A DNA stretch of 64,000 bases. It comes from Macrostomum hystrix (Eukaryota; Animalia; Platyhelminthes). Within the stretch, counting starts at the first letter, position 1; every line of letters starts with the position of its first letter. The translations under genes and the position numbers were made by a program. The notes beneath the pieces were generated by a model. The model was given only the letters and a program-made list of their open reading frames with translations. It did no database searches and was not told the DNA's origin. Positions 34,330-43,469 of the stretch are shown here, one piece after another. Location of the stretch: assembly GCA_950097015.1 (NCBI GenBank), contig CATNEN010000007.1, forward strand, positions 10,354,001-10,418,000, in the 5' to 3' direction.

Positions 34330-36869
34330 AGAAGAAGCAACACGCATCCTTTTCTGTCAGCTCGTCCCACATATATTGAAGTAACCCTTATCCAGTGTTG
34401 CTGATCGACGGGGGTCCCACGCACAGTTCTATGAATTGAGCGGATTGTGGCAGTGGACCATGCAAGTGTCATGTGACCTTGGATGATTCCTAGGTGATAC
34501 AGATGAAGCCTGTAGAGAATAGACGCGTTCGGAATCCCACCGACGGATTTGAAACTTTACGATTTGCGATTTGAACTCTTCGCTTTTTGCACCAAACGTG
34601 CAGACCTGAAGAACCTCGGTTTTTTCACCCTCGAATCCCAGTTGTTGACAGAGCTCCTGGCGAATGTAGGTCTTGTTACTAGCTGTGTCGAACAATACTC
34701 GAACTGGTACTTCCGTCTGTCTATCTGCACTTAGGAGGAGGCATTTTGCTGTCGGCATGACAACTGCTGGATTCGAATGTACAACCAGCAATTGACTGTT
34801 GAATTCAGGATTGGAGTTTCCCATATTTGCAGCGGCGACCGTCGAAGCACTAGGATCTGGCTTTGGTGCTTTTGGGATGACTGTCTGTTTCTTTGGCTCA
34901 GCACCACTGGTCCGTGCCGGATACAGGCCGTAGCAGATGCTTGGGTGGTGCATGTGGCCGCAATTGCGACACGCTCGCTTAGAACGGCACTCAGCTGCGG
35001 AATGGTTGAGTCGGAGACAGCAAAAGCAGCGTTTTTCTTGCACGAGAAGTCTCTGCCGGTCCTGAGCGGTGGTGTAAACCTGGCACGTTTCCGATGAATG
35101 GTTTCCTTTGCAAAAGGTGCATGTTAGCTGACCAGAGTCGTTTCGCTTCGCGAAGACCAAGTTTTGCTTGTTTTTTGACGATGATCCGATAAGAAATGTT
35201 GATGAGGGAAACTCCGCCTCCTTGCGTTTTGATGATGCTCCGCCGAGAGTGCTGCGTGGTTCCCCATTTGGCTTGAAGCTGTCCGCTTGCTTGACGCTAT
35301 TTAGGCAGCACCGTTCTCGCAACTTGATTTCACAATCTAAGGAATCCAAGAATCCCTCGATGGTTAGCGACTTCTTTGAAGAGTGAGCGACATGTTTGGA
35401 AATTGCCGATCGAAGAACGTCGGAACGAACAGCTGGTGGTAGTTTTGTCTCCAGGTTTGGCAGCAGAAAAACTTCGTAGTTTGAATGCTCAACTCCCAGC
35501 GTCTCTAAGCCTCGCACACATGACCGAATAGTGTCGATGAAGGACCGGAGAGATTGAGTCGTGTCTGTTGGGCTTTTCACTGCCTCAAGTTTCTTCATGA
35601 AGTGCTGCACTAAATTGTCCTGACCACCGTATCGTTCGACCAGCATGTCCCATGCGTGATAGTAATCCTGTCCTGTCAATTGAAGGTTGTCCACGCAGCA
35701 CCTAGCTTCTCCGCGCAAGCAACTCAACAGGTAGCTGAATTTCTCGACATTGGACAGACTGTTGACTCTTGGATGCTGCGAGCCCTTCTAATAGTCTTTG
35801 TAGTCCAGCAAGGGTCTTCTCAAGTTTCAAAATATACTCACTGCTTCTCTCGATTTCTTCCTGGAGCTTATCACTTTCCGATCCGTTATCATTGACGAAC
35901 AGCCGCGATATTTCTCGATCAGCCTGCGCTAACTCAGTCTTCTTATAATTCAGGACGCTTACCATGCTCCGAATATCATCCTCAGAACTTTTGGTTTCTT
36001 TCGCTGACATGACCACCTGCGCCTTGTCTACCAACATCGATACAGATCGACGCATCACCGCTCGATCTTTCTTCAAATCTTCTAACGCCATGACCACGAG
36101 TCAGCCCCACAAAAAGGGTACGATGAAAGTGAGCAAAGTCGCAGGAAAAAAATAAACAGAACAATGAAAAGGCGACGAATATTGGAAAGCAGGTTTGATA
36201 GATGAGGGTTGCAGAATTCTAAGCTACGAGCTAAATCAAAGAACTATGAACGTGCTAGCAAAAAAGTTCCGACCTGAGCACAGTATTTATATTGAAAATA
36301 AAGGCCGCTTCACCGCTTAGACTTCAGTGAACCCAAATCTCGCGTGACTGTAGAGAACTTGCAGAGACCGCCAGCGACGACCGAGAGCACGACGAGACAG
36401 CCAGCGACGACAGAGAGCACGACGAGACAGCCAGCGACGACCGAGAGCACGACGAGACAGCTAGCGACGACCGAGAGCACGACGACAGGAAGCGACTCAC
36501 GAGGTGATTGTGACGGTGATACAATTGATGGTTTATCTTGCTCTCGGACTAAGTAACTTGATTTTCAAGCTTCCTGTCTAGAGTTCACTTCTCCAGCGAA
36601 GAGAGAAAAATGCTGAATAATCACGGTTCGGGCGCCATGTAATTGAATTGACACGACTCAATTGATTATTTTCTCTCTGATTAGGGTTTGTTGAGAGAAA
36701 GCAAGCGCGCGCTCTGGGCCGTTGGTTTGACGTTATTTATTTAGATAATGAACGTCATGAACGAAGAGAAATGAACGCGTGGGGGAGGGTGCCCAGGGCA
36801 CGAGCAGATGTACATCGCATGACAGCGCGGAGCGGGGTGAAAGGTGAGTCGGCTTTCACTTGATGCACA
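34330..36869 (-). mobile_element. BEL/Pao LTR retrotransposon, 5' half (LTR, PBS, gag, protease), frameshifted and truncated
   Basis: Gag 36097-35702 plus 35727-34429, with a DUF1759-like LRGEARCCV..YYHAWDMLVERYG segment, three Cys/His knuckles and protease VLFDTAS. PBS TGGCGCCCGAAC at 36637-36626 lies directly after the LTR end ..TTACA (36638). Outer limits are approximate. Confidence 0.85.
36370..36487. repeat. 30-bp repeat x4 in the BEL leader
   Basis: gccagcgacgaccgagagcacgacgagaca. Confidence 0.9.
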
Positions 36870-36909
36870 AAAACCATTTGGCTGAATAAAATGTACTTTT
36901 CCGCCACAG

Positions 36910-38311
36910 TAAGGATAAAGAACTAGAGCGCTTTATCCAGTTCATCACCGACTTTAGCAAGAATGACGACAGCATCGCAGGAGTAGAGCTGCCCGAACTG
37001 CCGGAGAGTGCGAGCGTGTCAACTGAAAGAACCGACATGAGTGCAATTGACAAAATGGAGTTGGAGTCTCTTCCAAGAACCACGCGAGATCAAATGCTCC
37101 TACATGGACACAAGTTTGCGGACTACATGAACTCTCTCGGCTACCAACTAGATGCTCTGCAGACGGTGAAACAGGAGAAGCTAAATGAGTACCTTCGTCT
37201 GTACTATTTTCGATTGGCCAAGCCAGACGGCGGACTGTATTCTGCATCGAGCCTTGTCTGCATCAGGGCTGGGATACAGCGTTTTTCAACTATACATTGT
37301 AAAACGCGAGATCAACATTATCGACTCGCCTGAGTTCGGCAGCGCGAATCGTATGCTGCGAATGAAAGTCCGGGACTTTCAGGCTTCAGGTGGAAGTGTG
37401 AAGCGATACGAGCCAATCGAAACCACTGACCTTTCAAAGCTCTTCAGCTATTTCAATCGGTCAACTGCCGAACGTCTACAGGACGAGGTCATCTTCACGT
37501 TGTTGTATGTTCTGGGCGAAAGAGGCCAAGAACATCTCAAGCAGTTCCGCCGAAGGGACTGTCTCCTTGAAAAGACCGACAGTGAAGGTAAGCGCTAAAA
37601 GCTTGTATGACAATGAGTCCTATATTGCGTATAACAATGGGTTAACAGTTTAGTTTTATTTTTACACCTTTACTAATGTTTAAACAGGTAGGCCCTATTA
37701 TGAATTGCCTATGCTGCCGACAAAGAACCAAAGCGCTGATCCTACGAAGGCCAAGCGCTTCAATCCTAAACAAGCTCGATTGTACGGGAAACAGTACGAG
37801 CTTCTGCAAATGTACATGTCGGCCCTTCCATCTGAGACAATTGAGGATTCAATGTTTCCGCGACCAATGGCTAGTACCTCCTCAATTTATCAATTCTCAA
37901 GTAAACAAGTTCGGGGCATCAACTGGCTAAGTACGTTTATGCAGCGGCTCAGCAAGTTGTGCAGTCTCAGCAAGGGTTATACGAACCATTGCATCCGCGT
38001 GACTCGCATCACTGATCTGAATGATGCAGGTTACTCTGTCTCTGAGATTATTAATATCACGGGCCAACAGACCGAATCGACCGTGCGACGCTATCTCTCC
38101 AGAAAGCGTGACGGCGCAATTCACAGCATGGCAACTACTGTGGGTGCTACTCTGGACCTGCATGGTGCGAACGCCAGCATCAGTACGAGTTCAAGCGTTT
38201 CCACCAGCAAGGCGTCATAAGTCATGAAACGACGACTGTCTGTGAAAAGAACAGTTCAACACTGTTTTCCAACTGCCACTTCGAGAATTGCACCATCAAT
38301 TTCAATAAGTA
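36910..38311 (+). pseudogene. Crypton-like tyrosine recombinase (DUF3504-type), spliced, frameshifted
   Basis: Motifs LNEYLRLYYFRLAKPDGGLYSASSLVCIRAGIQRF, LGERGQE and YTNHCIRVTRIT..GYSVSEIINITGQQTESTVRRY, with a C-tail FSNCHFENCTINF in a shifted frame. Intron ~37588-37687; frameshift ~37290. Confidence 0.8.
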
Positions 38312-38493
38312 ATAGAAAAATTTAAAACGAACGAACTTTGTGCATCAGGAACTGCTAAACGAATTTACTGGAATGCATGTTGTTGTCAACTTTTTAACTC
38401 TTGCGTATGCTTCGTTTCGTTTCTACTCTGTTCCGTTGCGTTGGCACTGAAATAAACAGATAAATGGTCTATAGTCTATGGTCAAAACATAGT

Positions 38494-41400
38494 TGTGGTG
38501 ACGTGGCTCTGTTTGCGGCTGGCTAAGGCAGGTGTGTTGTGCACCTGCCCGGCACGTATCCAATTTTGGAATGTACGTGTGTTGATGTACGTGCTTTTAA
38601 ACCTTCTATCCAATGTGCATGCGTAGAGTCTGCTATCGATTTTATAAATAAAATAAAATATAAAAGTCGCTGTGTCATCGCGTTTGGTAGTAGAGTTCGT
38701 TCTACAATCTTAAGTGAAGTCTTTACAGTGGCGACGAGAAATGAACCTAGTTGGCTCTATTGAACCCTTTGAAGAGGGGACAGAAAAATGGCAGCAGTAC
38801 CAGGAAAGACTGGAGCAGTTTTTCGAGGCCAATGATATCAAAGATGAGAAAAAGCGCGCCGTTCTCCTCAGTGTCTGCGGCAAGAAGACTTACCAGCTAA
38901 TAGCCAGCCTGCTAGCTCCTGGTACTCCGGCTGCAAGCAGCTATGCAGACATCTGCGAAACGCTGAAGAATCACTTCGACCCCGAGCCACCCGAGATCGT
39001 TCTGCGCTTCCGTTTCTACACCCGAAGTCGCCGTGCCGGCGAGTCAATTGCTGACTTCCTCGCTGACCTTCGCAGACTGGCCAGGGACTGCAACTTTGGC
39101 AGCAGCCTGGACAGCATGCTCAGGGACAGGTTCGTGCTTGGCATCAACGACGACAACATCCAGCGGAGGCTGCTGTCAGAGCGGAAGCTTACGCTCGACA
39201 CCGCACTGTCTCGAGCCCAGGCCGAAGCTTCAGCAGCCGAAGGGAACCTGATGGTGACCAAATCTTCGGCCAGCCAGGAGGCCTTCCAAATCGCCAAGCA
39301 GCCGGTCGCTAAGCGCTGTTTTCGGTGTCTCTCGCAGCGGCACGCGGCTGCCAAGTGCCCATTCGTTGACAAAAAATGCTTCAATTGCTCGAAGCTGGGC
39401 CACGCGGCTGCTGCCTGCAAGTCGCCGGCTGCCACAAATCGTCGGGGCGATCAGGCCGTCAGGGAGGTCGAGCTGGAAGAGGAAGAGACGCATTCACTGC
39501 ACGTAATGGCTGAACGACGGAGAGGGAAGATTCCGCCGATCGAGACAACGGTGCTTATCGATGGCACGCCGGTGCGCATGGAGATTGACACCGGCGCGTC
39601 GGTCTCACTCATGTCGTCGGACACCTTCCGCTCAGAGCTGCGAGGACGGCCCAAGCTTGAGCCCGCCAACGCCCACCTGCGCACGTATTCAGGAGAGCCT
39701 GTTCCGCTGCTCGGCAGAATCATCGTCCAAGTGCGGGCGGCTGGAGCGGCCAAGGAGCTTCCACTGCTTGTCGTCAACGGCTCAGGTTCGAACCTGATCG
39801 GCCGCGACTGGCTTGCTGACGTGCCTCTGGACTGGCGCAGCATCAAGCAGGTGACCAAGGACGGCGAGCACCCGAGAATCCGCGCCCTGCTTGACCAGTA
39901 CGCCGATGTTTTTGAGCCCGGACTCGCCAAGGTGGAGGCCCAGCTCGACAAAGAAATCGAGCAGGGCGTGCTCGTTCCCGTGAACAGCTCGGACTACGCA
40001 TCGCCGATCGTGCCGGTCCTCAAGTCCGACGGCTCGGTGCGCATCTGTGCGGACTTTAAGCAGACGGTCAACATCAACATCGAGCCTGACAAGTACCCGC
40101 TGCCACGCATTGACGAGCTTTTTGCCAAGCTGGCCGGCGGCCAAAAGTTCACCAAGCTCGACTTGTCGCAGGCCTACTCCCAGATGCCGCTTGACGAAGC
40201 AGCCCAGCAACTCTGCACCATCAACACCTCTAAGGGCCTGCTTCGGTATACCCGGCTGCCGTTCGGCGTCGCTCCAGCTGTCGGCATCTTCCAGCGGTAC
40301 ATGGACAGCCTGCTGCAGTCCATCCCGCATGTCGCCTGCTTCATTGATGATCTGATCATTACTGGTGCTGACGACGGAAGCCATTTACGCTCCCTAGAGC
40401 TGGTGCTGCAGCGACTGCAACAGAGCGGTCTGCGCTGCGGCCTCGGCAAGTGCAACTTCATGCAGGAGAGCGTCTGCTACCTAGGCCACAGGATCGACGC
40501 CGCAGGCCTCCATCCGCTTCAGGACAAGGTGCGCGCGATCGTGGACGCTCCACCACCGCGGAATGTGACGCAGCTCCGCAGCTTCCTTGGCATGGTCAAC
40601 TATTATGGCAAGTTCATGCCGAACTTATCTGCCGAGCTGGCATCGCTGCACCGCCTACTAGACCAGGGCGCCGAGTGGCGTTGGGGTGCCCCGCAAGACG
40701 CCGCGTTCAACAAGTGCAAGAAGCTCCTCAGTAAGGCGCCGGTCCTGGTGCATTTTGACGACAGCAAGCCATTGGTCCTGGAGTGCGACGCCTCGCCGTA
40801 CGGCATCGGCGCTGTCATCAGCCACCGGATTAACGGCATCGACCAGCCGATCGCTTTCGCTTCACGCTCGTTGCACGACGCCGAGACAAGGTATTCCCAG
40901 TTGGACAAGGAAGCCCTAGCAATAATCTTCGGCGTAAAACGCTTTCACTCGTACCTGTACGGCCGGAAATTCACACTCATCAGCGACCACAAGCCGCTGC
41001 TGGGGCTGCTGCATGAAGGCAAGCCGATTCCTGCGATGGCATCAGGCAGGATCCAGCGGTGGGCGCTTCTCCTGTCCGCCTACAGTTACACGATGGAGCA
41101 CCGGTCCGGCCGATCGCTGCTGCGAGCGGACACGCTGAGCCGGCTGCCGCTTCCCGAGAGACCGCGGGACGCACCAGTACCAGCAGACGTGGTTCTCGTC
41201 ATGGACATGCTGGACGAAGGACCGGTCACAGCCGGAGACATTCGAGTCTGGACCCGGATGGACCCGGTCCTTTCCAGAGCGCTGCACTTCACCGAATGCG
41301 GCTGCTGGCCGGAGCAGACGAGCCCAGAACTGCAGCCGTATCGATCCCGACGCGACCAGCTCAGCGTGCAGGACGGCTGTCTGCTCTGGGGCACTCGAGT

Positions 41401-42718
41401 CGTGGTGCCGCACGCCGGCCGGTCTGCGCTGCTACAGTGTCTGCACCAAGGACACCAGGGTGCGTCCAGAATGAAGGCGCTCGCTCGAAGTTTCTTTTGG
41501 TGGCCCAAGTTGGATGAGGCGATCGAGCAGCTTGCCAGTGACTGCGCGGACTGTCGAGAGCTGCAGAAGTCACCGGCACCGGTTCCGCTGCACCCATGGG
41601 CGTGGCCGGACAGGCCGTGGTCGCGCCTCCATATTGATTTTGCAGGCCCAGTCGAGGGCAAGATGCTGCTGGTGGTAGTCGATGCCCACTCGAAGTGGAT
41701 GGACGTGCATGTCATGACGTCCACAACTTCGGCGGCGACCATCCAGAGGCTGCGGGAGAGCTTCTGCACTCATGGGCTGCCAGACATCATCGTGACGGAC
41801 AACGGCCCCAACCTGGTCAGCGAGGAGATGGAGAAGTTCCTGCAGCAGAACGGCATCCGGCACGTGCGGACCGCGCCCTACCACCCGGCGTCCAACGGGC
41901 AGGCGGAGCGAGCGGTCCAAACGCTAAAGAAGTCGCTGGCGAAGCAGAAGAGCGGCTCGCTGGAGGGCCGGGTGGCGCGCTTCCTACTGACCTACCGCGT
42001 GACGCCTCACGCCACGACTGGCGCCCCGCCGTGTGAACTGCTGATGGGAAGGCGGCTGCGGTCCCTACTCGATCGAGTGCGGCCGGATCTTCCAGCGAGG
42101 GTGGCTCTCCAGCAAGCGATACAGAAACAGCAACACGACGCCAACGCCCGTGATCGCCACATCGAGGTAGGCGATGCTGTGGTGGCGAGAGATTTCGCGG
42201 CCGATGGCAGATGGAAGCCGGCAGTGGTGACTGCCAGCTCCGGAGCGGCGTCTTTCTCGTGCCAGTTCGACGACGGCCGGCAGGCTCAGCGCCACATCGA
42301 TCAGCTGCGCAAGCCGCTGCCAACCGCGCCAGCCGCTGCGGCCCAGGAGTCGGAAGCCGAGCCTGTCGCGGAACCGGCGGCAGCGGAAACCCAGACATCG
42401 GCTGCGGCAGCTGCGGTCGCCAGCGACACCGCAGACACGGGCGACCCGCCATCTCCCCCCGGTTCCTGTTTTGGTGGGGAGGGATGTGGTGACGTGGCTC
42501 TGTTTGCGGCTGGCTAAGGCAGGTGTGTTGTGCACCTGCCCGGCACGTATCCAATTTTGGAATGTACGTGTGTTGATGTACGTGCTTTTAAACCTTCTAT
42601 CCAATGTGCATGCGTAGAGTCTGCTATCGATTTTATAAATAAAATAAAATATAAAAGTCGCTGTGTCATCGCGTTTGGTAGTAGAGTTCGTTCTACAATC
42701 TTAAGTGAAGTCTTTACA
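38494..42718 (+). mobile_element. Full-length young Ty3/Gypsy LTR retrotransposon (Mag-like)
   Basis: 234-bp TG..CA LTRs at 38494-38727 and 42485-42718 with no difference seen. TSD ATAGT. PBS TGGCGACGAG at 38729. PPT ggtggggaggga before the 3' LTR. Confidence 0.97.
38741..42517 (+). CDS. Gag-Pol polyprotein (2 CCHC knuckles, PR, RT, RNase H, IN)
   Basis: CFRCLSQRHAAAKC and CFNCSKLGHAAAAC; IDTGAS; LPFG..FIDD; CDASPYGIGA; HQGH..CADC; HIDFAGP, TDNGP, NGQAERAV. Confidence 0.95.
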   Translation: MNLVGSIEPFEEGTEKWQQYQERLEQFFEANDIKDEKKRAVLLSVCGKKTYQLIASLLAPGTPAASSYADICETLKNHFDPEPPEIVLRFRFYTRSRRAGESIADFLADLRRLARDCNFGSSLDSMLRDRFVLGINDDNIQRRLLSERKLTLDTALSRAQAEASAAEGNLMVTKSSASQEAFQIAKQPVAKRCFRCLSQRHAAAKCPFVDKKCFNCSKLGHAAAACKSPAATNRRGDQAVREVELEEEETHSLHVMAERRRGKIPPIETTVLIDGTPVRMEIDTGASVSLMSSDTFRSELRGRPKLEPANAHLRTYSGEPVPLLGRIIVQVRAAGAAKELPLLVVNGSGSNLIGRDWLADVPLDWRSIKQVTKDGEHPRIRALLDQYADVFEPGLAKVEAQLDKEIEQGVLVPVNSSDYASPIVPVLKSDGSVRICADFKQTVNINIEPDKYPLPRIDELFAKLAGGQKFTKLDLSQAYSQMPLDEAAQQLCTINTSKGLLRYTRLPFGVAPAVGIFQRYMDSLLQSIPHVACFIDDLIITGADDGSHLRSLELVLQRLQQSGLRCGLGKCNFMQESVCYLGHRIDAAGLHPLQDKVRAIVDAPPPRNVTQLRSFLGMVNYYGKFMPNLSAELASLHRLLDQGAEWRWGAPQDAAFNKCKKLLSKAPVLVHFDDSKPLVLECDASPYGIGAVISHRINGIDQPIAFASRSLHDAETRYSQLDKEALAIIFGVKRFHSYLYGRKFTLISDHKPLLGLLHEGKPIPAMASGRIQRWALLLSAYSYTMEHRSGRSLLRADTLSRLPLPERPRDAPVPADVVLVMDMLDEGPVTAGDIRVWTRMDPVLSRALHFTECGCWPEQTSPELQPYRSRRDQLSVQDGCLLWGTRVVVPHAGRSALLQCLHQGHQGASRMKALARSFFWWPKLDEAIEQLASDCADCRELQKSPAPVPLHPWAWPDRPWSRLHIDFAGPVEGKMLLVVVDAHSKWMDVHVMTSTTSAATIQRLRESFCTHGLPDIIVTDNGPNLVSEEMEKFLQQNGIRHVRTAPYHPASNGQAERAVQTLKKSLAKQKSGSLEGRVARFLLTYRVTPHATTGAPPCELLMGRRLRSLLDRVRPDLPARVALQQAIQKQQHDANARDRHIEVGDAVVARDFAADGRWKPAVVTASSGAASFSCQFDDGRQAQRHIDQLRKPLPTAPAAAAQESEAEPVAEPAAAETQTSAAAAAVASDTADTGDPPSPPGSCFGGEGCGDVALFAAG

Positions 42719-43469
42719 ATAGTTGACAACGTTAGGCAATTAGAAGCCTTGCCAGTGGGCTTGATCTATGTGACAATTAGTCTTAGCTTTCAAATTGAAG
42801 TTAAAGCTGTCATAGCGCGTGACGACAGCGTCGTATTCTGTATTTCTATTTTTAGCTCTTGCCTAATTGGCACTTGTAGCCATGTGTAGCGGTGCAAAAC
42901 TGCTTACTGCTATTGTCTGCTTTCTTTAATATCATGTGTCTAAACTTAGGGCTGTGTCAAAATCTGATAAATCATTTGTTTTACGTTTTCAGTTGTTTAG
43001 AGCTGGAAGGGCACAAAAAGCAAAAGCTAGTATAACTGCAGCTGTTAGAATAAATAGAATCACGTGTTGCCTTGTTGTTTGCTCACCAGCTATTATTGAA
43101 TTCCGTTGCACGTATATCTGCCCTTAAGACCACAAGAGTTAGTAATTACGCTTGTATTCCGTAAAAATTCAACTGTTGATGCTGGGTCAAACCATTACAT
43201 TGCTGGCTATTCTGTTGTTCCTTGTTCAGTGTCTATAGGGGAGGCGAAAGGCATTGTACTAGTAGATCTAAAAAACGAATTTTCTAAATTTTTCAATGAC
43301 AAATTTAGTTCCTACTCAGTGGATTAAACAGCATAAACAAGTTTTAAATTTATCTTTGTAAACAAGCAATTATTATAAAGAGAAAAATTGAGGTCAAGCA
43401 GCAGAGGTAAGGCTAAGAAAGATAAGAGCAGTGTCCTAGTGTAACGCATTTCACAGCGATTGACGGCTC

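Noticed and set aside
39016-42604. Numerous antisense and alternate-frame ORFs over gag-pol, and over the GC-rich host exons
   Set aside because: Shadow ORFs of GC-rich coding sequence, with no motifs.
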